Source: Chrysomallon squamiferum
Lineage: Eukaryota > Animalia > Mollusca
Assembly: GCA_012295275.1 (NCBI GenBank)
Contig: CM022677.1
Span: 7,564,001 to 7,628,000, forward strand
Length of the DNA stretch: 64,000 nucleotides
Direction of reading: 5' to 3'
In this document: positions 30,572-43,760 of the stretch, piece after piece
How positions within the stretch are numbered: position 1 is the first letter of the stretch
How the letters are laid out: each line of letters opens with the position of its first letter
Position numbers and translations under genes: made by a program
Notes under the pieces: generated by a model
Told to the model about the DNA's origin: nothing
The model's input: only the letters and a program-made list of their open reading frames with translations
The model's database searches: none

Positions 30572-32468
30572 TTGACACAGGCAATGGAAGATGGTGATAT
30601 GGACATTGACATTCATGTTCGGCAGGAAACTGCTGCAATTCCATATGGTGCTCTCCAAAACTGTGGCACTGCTAAGTCAGTTTCAAATCCTGTGCTGCCA
30701 AGGCCTGCACCTTTTGTCACTGTAACTGATTGGAAAACTCACCTGGAGCCCTTTACATTATCATTTACTCAGAATTTCCTGCCACTGAGCATGGTCCCCA
30801 AAATAATAGAATATGCTAAAGAAATTGCTAGAGGTAAAAAGGCAATGGATGCCCTATCATGCAAGCGTGAAGGACTTGGTACTTTGTCTCATAGTAGCCT
30901 ACTGAATGACCTTAAACAAAGTTTCTTTTCGATGAACATGGACAACAACAAAACAGTGCTCTCTACATTAGTTAGCTACTTCTCTGAGTCACAGCAAGAG
31001 GCTGTAGTCAAACACTTCGAGTCTGAACACATGACAGTTGTGAATGCCCAGAAACTTCTGGATTTTGTCTTGAAAACTTTTGAGAGGTACCAAATTCCAG
31101 TAACAAACCTAATATTCAATTTGTCACATTCTACAAATTATATGAGAGGAAAACATGCCCAGATATACGTGAGTCATTCCAAGAGGTATGCTTCATTCTT
31201 GGAATAAGCTACACAATGCTTGCCTAATAAGTTGCACATCGGTGGCTATGTGCATGTGATGTGCTGACAAAGAACTTGCCAATGCTGAATGCATTCCGAC
31301 TCATCTATTTTGACTGAGTACCTACTAGTGGTGGCCTGAAAGTTGTTTATACCCCAGTTGTTGCAAAACTCCTTTCAAAAGTCTCCATGGAAGGAAGGCA
31401 AAGGATCTATAGCATCATAAATAATATGAAGCAGAAGAACCTGACACAGGATGGAAAAAGCCTCAAGGAGAGGATTGTGACCAGGGTTCTCTATAAATAT
31501 GAACAAACAATGTTGAACTTAAATTTATGCTCAGTCCTACCACCCAGGTTCAAATCTATGATCCTCATGTATGAACTAAAGCAAGTAATGATACATAGGT
31601 TACATGATGGGATGGTTGACCTCTTCAGTCACTTCTTAGCATGTTTCCTGAAGCATAAGGTCATCAGAGATACTAATTTCAAACAGTTGAAGAGAATTGA
31701 TGTAGAAGATGAGGCAAATCACCTCCCCATCCAGTCCGTATTCATTGGATCAGCCACACAGTTCATTGTTGATGCAGTGAAGAAGAAACCTATCCAAAGA
31801 AAGGAGGCAGTTGAATTCATGGAAAAAGGGAAGAAAGCACTTAGTCTCCTCTAAATACATGCAGCAGAAGCTCCCCTTGGAGAATGTGTTGCTTCTGTGT
31901 GTGTCATCCCTAGATCCCAAAATTCAGGGACAATCTATGGCATGTGGTGCATTGGAAAAATTGAACGTCTTCATGCCCACTGTGTTACAAAATGAAGACT
32001 ATGACACTTACCTGTTGGAGGCATCTCATTTGCAAATTGATCCAAGACCTACCACAAGCAGAAGTTGATGGAAAGCCTGTTCAGTTAGACCATTGGTGGT
32101 TTAAAATGTTTGGGAGGTATCCCATATTGGCTAAAATAGTCAAGGCATGTGAAAGACATTGTCAAACCCTTTTAGAAATGGCCACCTACTATGCAATGCA
32201 GAGTGTCCGATATGATCTTTCTGCCTGGCATACCATCTCCATCCAGGCATTCCATTGCGATGACATCCTCAGAACTGCTGTAGACCAGAGTATGGTTTAC
32301 ACTAAAACTTCTGTTGCTAGGTACAAGAATAAGCTTGAACAAGCTAAGCTGGAGCTTGAACAAAAAGCCAGAAGGCTCGAGTTGAATCACAAGGCAAAAC
32401 CAGTGAACAGAAGTGTAGGTGGTAAAACAACCTTGGTGCACAGAACTGCTAAAAAAATAAAAAACTGA
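30572..32468 (+). mobile_element. Degraded hAT-superfamily-like DNA transposase with frameshifts and stops
   Basis: Four successive + ORFs carry FFSMNMD (first catalytic D region), LVSYF and NLSHSTNYMRGK (second D region, xSTNYMxG). The C-terminal LDHWWFKMFGRYPILAKIVKAC resembles the hAT dimerisation domain. Confidence 0.75.
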
Positions 32469-33699
32469 TTTTAAAAAATCATTGCGAGGGCGGATGCCCC
32501 CCTCACCAACCCACTAGCGACAGCTTATTGGTTCCATAAATTTTATAAAAATATTTTCATTATTTTTTTTGTCAGGCTGTTCTCATCTATGCCAGTGCAT
32601 CATGAAATGCATCACACAAATCCAGGCCATTTTCCAGAGAAGGCATACAAGAGACTAATGAAACATCATCCAAGGAACAGTCTGGTGTCAGGTAATGTCA
32701 GGCCTGTGTTAGAATGTTTTCAGAAACCTCTCAACAGTGGCAGGGTATGTTTTGTTAGTTTGTGTGTGTGTGAGAGAGAGAGGGATAAATATTGCATCAT
32801 GAATGATAATATTACCAAAAAATACCATTTATCAGACCGATAAAAAAAATATATAAATAAAGTATCATGTTCATGTTGGAATTACCAAAAGCTTTGTTTA
32901 TCATTGATGTTAAATATTTTAGGTCATGGCAGGATTGTTCATTGCTGTCTAGAAAGGGCATTTACGTTACGGAGAAGGATGAATCAGCTGTACAGACACT
33001 GCAGACTGCACAGTTCCAAGTAGTAAGTTTTTTTATCTTAGTTTTATTTCTCAGCAAGTAAAATAAGTTTTATAGTACCATCTCTTTAGTGATTGTAAAA
33101 TATATAATAATAATAATCATTTATTTTGTACTGTTTTGTTAATTATTTAAACTATTAACATTACCATCATTATCATTATAATGAGTATACAAAGTACATC
33201 AAAAATAACCCACACCCCTTTGTGTCTGAATAATCCAGTAACTGGTACCAGTAAAATTTAAATTTTAATAATAACAGAAACATTATTATTTATTTTTATT
33301 TTTTTCAGAATGCACATACAGCTCTGATTGATGTGCTGATATTGGCCAGTGAAGTTGTTTCAGTAGAAGGTGCTGTCCAGCACTGAGGAAAAAGTTCGTA
33401 CTGCTGCCACTGGAAAAGAGAAAAAACAAAAACTGAACAGGTGAATTTGAGTTTGTTTTCTTATGTATTTCTCATGATTTTGTAACATACATTAGAATCT
33501 TGTAACACACTGTAAGCTGGAAACAATTTTGAGTTTCTTAATTGTGGCTAATCCACCTTTACTTCCAAAATTGCTAAAATGTCATCTTGTTTTGCAAACT
33601 TAATTGTGCAATCTGAAAATAAATCTCTTTCTGGTTTTCCAGGTAATTTTGAGAAAAAAAGCCTGAAGATGCCAAATTCTTCTGATACTCTTACTAGCC

Positions 33700-35800
33700 A
33701 GTCGGAGCAAGTCAATAAAACAGAGAACTGTTCTGAAGTAAGTGGTATCGATATGTTTTATAATAATAAATAATAGTAATGTGTTTAAGTACACATGTAC
33801 ATTACATATGAATGCAGGGCTTGTAATGGCCAATGGCCAATGGCCAAATGATACCAAAGTTCTGTTTGGGTGACTGGAATGTTAAAATATTATTTGGGTA
33901 ATCTTTTTTTTTTCTATAAGTTATAAAACAAGAGCCACTATTAATAATTTGATGGCAATATTTATTCACAGTGTTAGTTAAAATGGTAGAATTCTATTTT
34001 TAAAAGTTATTTTTGCTTCTTCTGAATGTTACCATCATATCCAGATAAAAAAGTCAATATTAAAACATTGTTCAAGTATAATTCATTGATAATTTATAAT
34101 AATTTTCCATGACTGAAATATTTCTTCCCAAAGATTTTATTGTGCAAATTAATCATATGCTCCTAGCCTGGAATAGGTAAGAAATAGTCAATGAAATAAT
34201 GGTAAGATTTAGATAATAATTTATTATTATTGTATCTACAGGAAAGACATGATTCTGGAATCGTTTTCAGTTATAAAAATATGGAGAAGAATATAAAGGT
34301 TACTTCAAACAGTTGAGATATCTACTGATATAGACTAACATGGATTTTTCTTTCGAAAGCAGTTTCCAGACAGAGGAGTTGTTGACACTACACATCAGTG
34401 TTGACTGATTGTTCTTCAGTAGTTAACAGTGGATGATTCTTGGTTATTATGGAATGGAACAAAAAACTTCCACTATAATGACTAAGGACACTGCAAAAGC
34501 TCTCTATGGTTCTACATTACAAATTAGTGCAGAAAAAATGAAAAGATGTGGAGCAATGATATTTACAGATAGCCAACAGGCTTAATGTTGTTTTCATAAA
34601 GAATATTAGCACTTAACTTGAGAGCAACCATAAGGGATTTAAAGGAAAGGAGAGATGATTGACGAGATATGAGACTGACAGCCTGATGGGAAGTTAACAG
34701 GTAAAGAGATACACAGGAAGATAAACAGAAAGAAAGAGAGAGATACTGATAAACTAATAGACAGTTAGATCAGTAGAAGTTAACAAGTGAATTGATAGAT
34801 GTAGATGAATTTAGGCTGATAGACAAACATGACAATATCTATTTATCTATTCTGTGTTTTCTTCTTTCTGTCGTGTGTGTGTGTATGCCAAGCTGAGAGT
34901 GTAGACATACAGATATATACATAAATCATACAGGTTGTAATGCAGGCATAGTTAGTTATGTATGTAGGTAGTTTGACAGGGAATTAGATTGATAGATGGT
35001 TATTGATCTGTCGTAATGTGGTTAGATAAACAAATAGTTATGTAGATCAGTAGTTCAGTAGGTTGATATGTAGATATATGTAGATCATTATGCAGCAGAC
35101 AGACAGATTGGTGTAGAGAAGTATGGATGGTAATGTGGAAGACTGAATATATATATATATATATATACATACACAGGTGTAGGTATGAATCAGTTGGAGC
35201 AGGGAATATCTATATAGATAAACTGATAACATAAAGATAGATATCCAGAGATAAATACATAGGCTATATAGACAGATATACAGAGGTAATACAGATAGAT
35301 TATATAAGATAGATATATGGAAAGATTCAGAGGTTTGAAGTAGTATGTAGTTAGATCTACAAATATTTACTGAAAAATAGACATATAAGCTAGAGAGATA
35401 AACTGATAGGAAGGTAGATATGTAGTATGTCACTAGTTCAGTAGATTGATTTGTAGAGAGACTGACAAACATATATACACATATGCATTAAATAATGTGT
35501 GTGTACACTCATACAAACACTGACACCTGTATAGGAATGATAATGTATTTGTGTGTTTAGGAAGTGACCAGTATGTATATCTATATTAAAGGATGAATAA
35601 CTATACATATATGTGTGTAAAACAGGGTGGATATATGGTAAAATGTAAAATGGGCACAAGAAAGGTAGCTTGATAGACAGAAGAAAGGTAGATAAATTAC
35701 TAGAAAGATAGATAGATGCAAGAAGGTAAGAAAGACTGAGTCTGTTGTTTGTGTGTTAGAGAGAGTTTTGGTTATGTACATGAGATAAATAGAAAAATGA
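33700..35800. repeat. Third, more diverged copy of the 1-4.2 kb / 4.6-9.3 kb block, in the same orientation as 1-4.2 kb
   Basis: 33708 aagtcaataaaacagagaactgttctgaagtaagtggt matches 168-206, 34620-34800 matches 2240-2420, and 35620-35745 is the reverse complement of ~4675-4780. Confidence 0.85.
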
Positions 35801-37551
35801 ATAAATATATTGATAACTAGATAGACGGATTGATAAATAGATAGGAAGCTAGGTAGGTAGGTAGATAGATAGACAGAGACACACATTTGAATAGAGATAC
35901 AAAGACAGATAGAGAGGGGGATAGGTAAGTGTGGAGTCTTGATGTGTATGTGTGTTTGCTAGAGAGTATTGCTGTATGGCAGTGTTAAAGGAGGATTGTG
36001 AGTTTGTGTAATAAAAAGTATTTAAATATGTGCATATATAGGTTCATAATCATGAGTATATGTGTATGAATATACTGTAATGTAGTTAGAGGATTGGTAT
36101 GTAAATGAATGTGTAAATGAAAGTATGTTTATATTTGAGTATATCTGTTAAAAAAAGGCTAGATATAGATAGTTAGATATATTGAGAGAGAGACTGATAT
36201 GTAGGTGTGGTTATATGTTTTTGTGTGTTACAGAGAGAGAACAGGTTTGACCTCTGTATATGACACTGAGAAGTATGCCCTGTATGATTTTTCAGTGAAT
36301 GACATAGATGAATAGAGATAATTATATATCTGTATATAGATATAGAGATAGAGATAGATAAGATTGACAGATGAGAGATAGATATGTGAGATAGGTGCAT
36401 ATATATATATATATCTTTATTAAACAGAGAAAGGATGGGTCAATAAATAAGTGTGAACAAGATTGTGTTTATGCTGTTTATTTATTTAAGATAGATTAGA
36501 TATAGAATTGCAGGTAGATTTACTTAGAGACAGACATGTGTAAGAATATACTGAGTATTTATTTTTGTGAGGGTTAGAAAGAGGTGATGTGTGAATAAGA
36601 ATGTGTTTATATTTGTTAGGTAAGCTATGTCTGCAAATGTGAAAGCTGGAGTGCATATGTAAAAAAGAGTATTTCTCTTTGTGAGCAAGATAGAGAATAC
36701 ATGTATGTTCAAAAAGGAGTGTTCTTTGTATAAAACACCCATTCTTTCTAAAAATAAACAAATGTTTTTCAAAAATACTCTGAAATACATACACTTCTGT
36801 ATATACTCTGTTCTCTTGTCTTTCTATCTATATATAGAAAGGGCTTTCAAATTACTGCCACTGTATTCAAAATTGGAAAACGTAGCAATATCCTAAGTAT
36901 CCACATTCTCTCTTACACACAGACACGTAATATTACAGAGCCATACATGTTTACACACCACATCTTTTACATTGACATATATCTTTCTATCTTTCTGTCT
37001 CTGTCTACCTATGTATCTATCTACAATACATATGCACTCTCAAAAACACAGAGAAAACACACAAAACCACACATGATATAACCATTCTTTCTAACTCATA
37101 AACACATATTCCCACAGTTTCTTGCTCAAATACTCAAATCAACCTATCAGACATGTTCATCATTTCATATTCACTCTCTAAAAAATATCTCTTTCACACA
37201 CACACACACACACACACATGTATAGCTAACACCACATGTATATAGTCACACTTTATAATATACCCCACATTACCATTGTACAGTTGCTTACTCATGTCTC
37301 TTAATCTGTTTGTCTTGGTATTTCTATATCTATGAGTATGCTCCTCTGTGGCTTCCTATTTATCTTTGTTCCTTTCTAACAATCTATTTATCTGTCTACA
37401 AATAATCTGTCAGCCTGTCTAAGTTTTAATCTATCAAACTCTCTCTACCTCTGAGTCTCTCTGTCTCACTCATCTCCTGCATGCATAACAACTTTCAAAA
37501 TCCATATGTATCTTTCTGTTTGTCTGTCCATTTATAACCCATACAAAAGTA

Positions 37552-37708
<157 letters not shown>

Positions 37709-38619
37709 TCAATATACATTATAAGATTTCAGTTTATTGTGAATGAAACTGGATGTTTGAAGAAAAGTTGCAGATTGTTCAGGGTTAGTTTTCACATTCA
37801 TTATACATTTTATCTTACCCTTTTAATACATATTTCAATTAACATTGCCATCATTGCTTTCTTAGTGTGCACATCTTATATTGAAATATGTTACTCTTAT
37901 TAGAATTAATGTAAGTTTTCTTTATTAATTTGAGTGTTTTAATAACTATTATTCTTACTTACTTAGTGTCACATTAAAGTATAGTATTACTATTTCTGTT
38001 AATGTCGCTGTCATTGCTGTTGTATCTCCATTTTTCTTAAGGTTCACTTGTCATTATTCTTTTTCACTTGTTATTAATATTATCCTTGCGTTTTTAGTGT
38101 GCACCTGCTATTTCAAAATATGTTATTCTATTTCTGTTAACGTCCCCATCGTTGCGTCACATCTGTGTTCTCCTCGATCTTATTTGTGTACTTTTACTTA
38201 TTCTCTTTCTATTAATTCTTAGACTCACTTTCAGTGATAATTAAAATATTTTATTAGTATTTCTATTAAGGCTGCCTTTGTTGTGATCCTACCAGCATTG
38301 TTCCTAGTGTTACTCGTGTATTTCTCCTTATTATCTAGCACTTTAAAAAAAAAAAATATTATTCTTATTTCTATTAACATCGCCATCGTTGTTTTCTTAG
38401 AGTGCACATCCTCTGTTAAAATAAATTAATCTTATTAGAATTAATGTTGTGTACTTCGCTTTATTATTTTCAGTGTTTTAGTAACTATTATTCTTTCTTT
38501 CTGACAGATGCATCCTACATTTAAATATATTACTATTAATATTGCTGACATTGCTTCTAACTTCATTGTTCTTAACGTTTTGGTGTACTTCTATCTTTTG
38601 TTTTTCTTACTTTTGACAG

Positions 38620-40415
38620 AGTGCATCCTGTCTCAAGTTAATGTAGTTCTACTTATTGTGTTGTGCTTTCTATTGTTAGTCTCACTTTCAGTGTGCACAT
38701 CCTGTCTCAAGTTAATGTAGTTCTACTTATTGTGTTGTGCTTTCTATTGTTAGTTAGTCTCACTTTCAGTGTGCACATCCTGTCTCAAGTTAAAGGTGTA
38801 GTTCTACTTATTGTGTTGTGCTTTCTGTTGTTAGTCTCACTTTCAGTGTGCACATCCTGTCTCAAGTTAATGTAGTTCTACTTACTGTGTTGTTCTTTCT
38901 ATTGTTAGTTAGTCTCACTTTCAGTGTGCACATCCTGTCTCAAGTTCAAGGTGTAGTTCTACTTATTGTGTTGTGCTTTCTGTTGTTAGTCTCACTTTCA
39001 GTGTGCACATCCTGTCTCAAGTTAATGTAGTTCTACTTATTGTGTTGTTCTTTCTATTGTTAGTCTCACTTTCAGTGTGTGCATCCTGTCTCCAGTTAAT
39101 GCTGTAGTTCTCCTTATTGTGTTGTGATTTCTATTGTTAGTTAGTCTCACTTTCAGTGTGCACATCCTGTCTCCAGTTAATGCTGTAGTTCTACTTATTG
39201 TGTTGTTCTTTCTATTGTTAGTTAGTCTCACTTTCAGTGTGTGCATCCTGTCTCCAGTTAATGCTGTAGTTCTACTTATTGTGTTGTGATTTCTATTGTT
39301 AGTTAGTCTCACTTTCAGTGTGCACATCCTGTCTCAAGTTAATGGTGTAGTTCTACTTATTGTGTTGTGCTTTCTGTTGTTAGTTAGTCTCACTTTCAGT
39401 GTGCACATCCTGTCTCAAGTTAATGGTGTAGTTCTACTTATTGTGTTGTGCTTTCTGTTGTTAGTTAGTCTCACTTTCAGTGTGCACATCCTGTCTCAAG
39501 TTAATGGTGTAGTTCTACTTATTGTGTTGTGCTTTCTGTTGTTAGTTAGTCTCACTTTCAGTGTGCACATCCTGTCTCAAGTTAATGTGTAGTTCTACTT
39601 ATTGTGTTGTGCTTTCTGTTGTTAGTTAGTCTCACTTTCAGTGTGCACATCCTGTCTCAAGTTAATGTAGTTCTACTTATTGTGTTGTGCTTTCTATTAT
39701 TAGTTAGTCTCATTTTCAGTGTGTGCATCCTGTCTCAAGTTAGTGTGTAGTTCAAGTTAATGTAGTTTATTGTGTTGTGCTTTCTATTGTTAGTTAGTCT
39801 CATTTTTCAGTGTGCACATCCTGTCTCAAGTTAATGGTGTAGTTCTACTTATTGTGTTGTGCTTTCTATTATTTTAGTCTTATTGTGTTGTGCATCCTTT
39901 CTATTATTAATGTTAGTTCTTAGCTTTCTATTATTTTTAGTCTCATTTTCAGTGTGTGCATCCTGTCTCAAGTTAATGTGTAGTTCTACTTATTGTGTTG
40001 TGCTTTCTATTATTACTTAGTCTCATTTTCAGTGTGTGCATCCTGTCTCAAGTTAATGTGTAGTTCTACTTATTGTGTTGTGCTTTCTATTATTACTTAG
40101 TCTCATTTTTTTCAAGTGTAGTTGCATCCTGTCTCAAGTTAATGTGTAGTTCTCAAGTTAATGTAGTTACTTTGTGTTGTGCTTTCTATTGTTAGTTAGT
40201 CTCATTTTCAGTGTGCACATCCTGTCTCAAGTTAATGTAGTTCTACTTATTGTGTTGTGCTTTCTATTATTAGTTAGTCTCACTTTCAGTGTGCACATCC
40301 TGTCTCAAGTTAATGTAGTTCTACTTATTGTGTTGTGCTTTCTATTATTAGTTAGTCTCATTGTGTTGTGCTTAATATTATTAGTTAGTCTCATTTTCAG
40401 TGTGTGCATCCTCTA
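38620..40415. repeat. 72-79-bp minisatellite, roughly 23 copies
   Basis: Unit gtgcacatcctgtctcaagttaat(g)gtagttctacttattgtgttgtgctttctattgttag(ttag)tctcactttcagt; scrambled from ~39720 to 40200. Confidence 0.95.
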
Positions 40416-40676
40416 TTGAAATAGATTATTATTATTAACATTAATGTCGGTGATGTCTGCATTGTATTCCTCTTTATTATTTTGCACTTTTTATTAACTA
40501 TTATTCTTACTTTCTTAGTTGCACCCAATATCATTACCTTCATATCTGCATTAGAGTGTGTTTCCTATATTAAAGTATTTTATGGCATGTATTAATGTTA
40601 TTTGTGTACTTCTCATTATTCTTTAGCACTTCCTATTAACTACCATTCTTATTTTTTTAGAGTGTGTTTCCTAAAG

Positions 40677-40803
<127 letters not shown>

Positions 40804-41924
40804 TAAATCTTTCTTTCAGGTTTGATTTGTGGTGTTCTAGAGATCAGTGATCAGAAAGGGCAGGAGGCCCTATTGAGGTTAACATGTAATAGCAATTTAT
40901 TCAACAAGGTAATATGAAGTTATATTGGTTTAATTATCAAAATTAAATAAAAATAAAATAAATAATAAATGAAATTATAATAGTAATTTTAATCATTATT
41001 TTGATCTCAGACTTTTTACATTATTAAACAATGTTATATGATTAATTAAACATGCTAAACATCATAAGTTTAAATCTTTGTAATAGTTTAAATTAATGAT
41101 TCTGTATTTTATAATATCCATAGATTGTCCGGACACTGTATCAATAAAAAACATTTAGTTAAATTATGTTTTATTTAGAAATCTGGAAATGTATGCATAC
41201 TCAATGTTTCTGTATATTTTGATAAAAAAAAAAATAATAAAGATAAAAATATTTTTTATTAAAAATTTATAAATACTGATCTCTGTACTGTTGTCAGCTT
41301 GCCATCACATGATTTTACATCAAGAACAAAATAACTAATATTTACTATTGCAGAATTCTCAGTATCCACACACACTTCAACATTAAACAATTAGTAAACA
41401 AATATTAATGTTTCTGTTTCTTTTTGAATAATATTTACTATTTTAGAATTCTCAGTGCCCACATATATTTCAACATGTCAAAGAGATTTCACAATGGTGT
41501 TGTTGTTGTGTGATGCTGATGTCAACACTCCCATCTATGTCAGCAAATACTACTGGGTAATGTAATTAGAACAATTTTACCATTTGAATTAGTTTGAACA
41601 TTTAAATAAAGACTATTTTATTACCAGTATGAGAAATTTGAAATATAACAGAAGTGTCCCAATAGATTGTTCTGTATTATTAATTAAGCATAAGTACAAA
41701 GTATAAACAGTTAATAACACTATATTATTACACATCATTATTAACATGTTAAGTTATTAAGTACAGAGATAGAGCTAGTTAATAACAGTATACTGTTATA
41801 ACTTTATTAACATGTTTGTTTATAAGTACTTACTCAGTAGACTGTGACAAAAACAAAACTGTAAACTATGAATTAATCTAACTACTGTTTAACTTGATAG
41901 TAAACTTGATTATCAAGTATTTTA

Positions 41925-43760
41925 GATTTGTGTTGTAAAATAGGGTTGAAACCAAGAACTAGAGTGGGTGTTTTGTCATCAGTGGTAGAAGTAGAAGAGC
42001 CTCAGTCAATAAAGGACAAGGAGAAGAAGTTTGCATGGAGCAGATTACAGTTAGCATACACAGAATTTGATAGATTTCAAGTTGATATTATTGTGATTAT
42101 TCCAGTGAGCAGAAGAAAAAGTTAGAAAGAACAAATACTCTGATGTTAAAGTGAATACTTAACTGTATTTGCTAAAGATTTGGGGTTTACTGTAAAATAT
42201 CGTATATGCACAATTGATAACATACTAGTGTCAACCATACAGAAGAATTTCACACAGTCAGTATCAGGAAGTCAAGGAGCTGATCAAGAAACTTATAAAA
42301 CAAGATGTAATTTGACCCAGCCACAGCCCATATTCATCTCCTACTGTTATAATGAGAAAAACAGACAAAAAAAAATCATCTGTGTGTGGACTACAGGTGG
42401 CTGAATGCTAAAACTAGGAAAGACTGCTTTCCTCTACCTACAATAGAATAGTCATTAGATGCTTTGCACCAAGCAAATTGGTTCACTACACTGATATGGC
42501 TAGTGAATACAACCAAGTTGCAGTTGAGGATAAAAACAAAGAAAAAACTGCATTCATCACTCCAATGGGTTTGTTTGAATCAATCGTATGTTTAGAGAGC
42601 AGATATTTCAGTGTTCTGTTTTTTTATGCATAGATAAACTAGACGAGGTATTTAAAATTTTAAAACAGCATGGGCTCAAACTAAAACCAAGCAAAGGCTG
42701 TTTCCTTAAGAAAGAAGTGAAATATCTAGGATGTGATGTCTAGAGATGGGGTAGTTACAGATCCAGACAAAATAAAGGCTGTTCTTGAATGGGAAGTTCC
42801 AAAGACACCAAAGGACCTGATGTCATTTTTGCAGTTTGCCAGTTATTTCAGTTCATACATTAAAGGATTCTCAGTTACTGCTGGACCTTTGCATTCGTTT
42901 GTGAACAGGTTCCACGATAACAAAAATCAAGCATTGTTAAAGGGTGCTTGGTACGAGAGTTGTCAAAAGAGATACTTTAAAAGAAGAGTTAACTTCAGCT
43001 CCAATATCAGGAAACGCTGATTTAAGTGAACTTTTCATTGCGGAAACTGCTGCAAGTTTTCAGGGAGTGGGACCAGTACTGTCACAGGAGCAGAATGGGC
43101 AAAGGTAAGAAATTACATATGCTAGACAGAGCTTGAGACCCACTGAGAGAAACATGAATAATTACAGTTACATGAAGTTAGAGCTTGTTGGTCTGAAATG
43201 GGCTGTGACTGAAAAGATTGAACATTATCTCCTCAAACATGAATTTACTATCTATACAGACAACAATCCAGTAAGTCATCTTGATAACACAAAATTATGT
43301 GCAGTGGAATAAACATGGGGGTCTCAGCTGGCACAATTTGATTTTGATGTGAAATATCATTCAACACAATAAGAAAGCTGATGGTCTATCCAGGAAGAAA
43401 TTTCACAGAATGACATCTACTTCAGTGGAAGCTGCTTTAGAGATACTGCTAGTAGTACAGAAGTTCCACAGACAATGAGACCAGTTATAAAAGGTGGTGG
43501 AAGAAAAGTCACACACAATAAATGGTAACAGTGGAACAATTTAATGAAACTATGGAAGCCACACGATCATCTCCCAGCTTTAGAAGAACTAGCAGTGATG
43601 CAGGCAAAAGACAAGTTAATAAGGAGATTGGTGTATTACATGGCTATCATGCAGAGCTGAAAGAAGATTAGAAGAATCAGGTTTCTTCATGCTAATCTGG
43701 CAATGGGACAGATTATTTCTTGAAAACAAAGTACTTTACAGAAAAGTAAAGGACCCAAGT
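41925..43760 (+). mobile_element. Ty3/Gypsy LTR retrotransposon pol remnant (RT-RNase H), heavily degraded
   Basis: RT motifs CVDYRWLNAKTRKDCFPLP (~42381), EKTAFITPMGLFE and LKLKPSKGCFLKKEVKYLG. RNase H motifs RPTERNMNNYSYMKLELVGLKWAVTEK and FTIYTDNNP. The PFGL/YxDD segment is deleted near 42590-42630. Confidence 0.9.

Larger units (their letters stand above)
11645..33505. repeat. Giant inverted duplication core; arms ~11645-20390 and ~22405-33505 with a ~2-kb spacer
   Basis: Reverse-complement matches throughout: 11649-11672 vs 33480-33503; ORF 14686..15003(+) vs 28535..28735(-); 16465..16740(+) vs 26891..27103(-); 20118-20200 vs 22799-22880; 20365-20385 vs 22407-22432. Confidence 0.95.

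Noticed and set aside
38620-40415. Hydrophobic ORFs as membrane proteins, or the array as CRISPR
   Set aside because: They are translations of a minisatellite whose unit lengths are often not multiples of 3, and there are no spacers.
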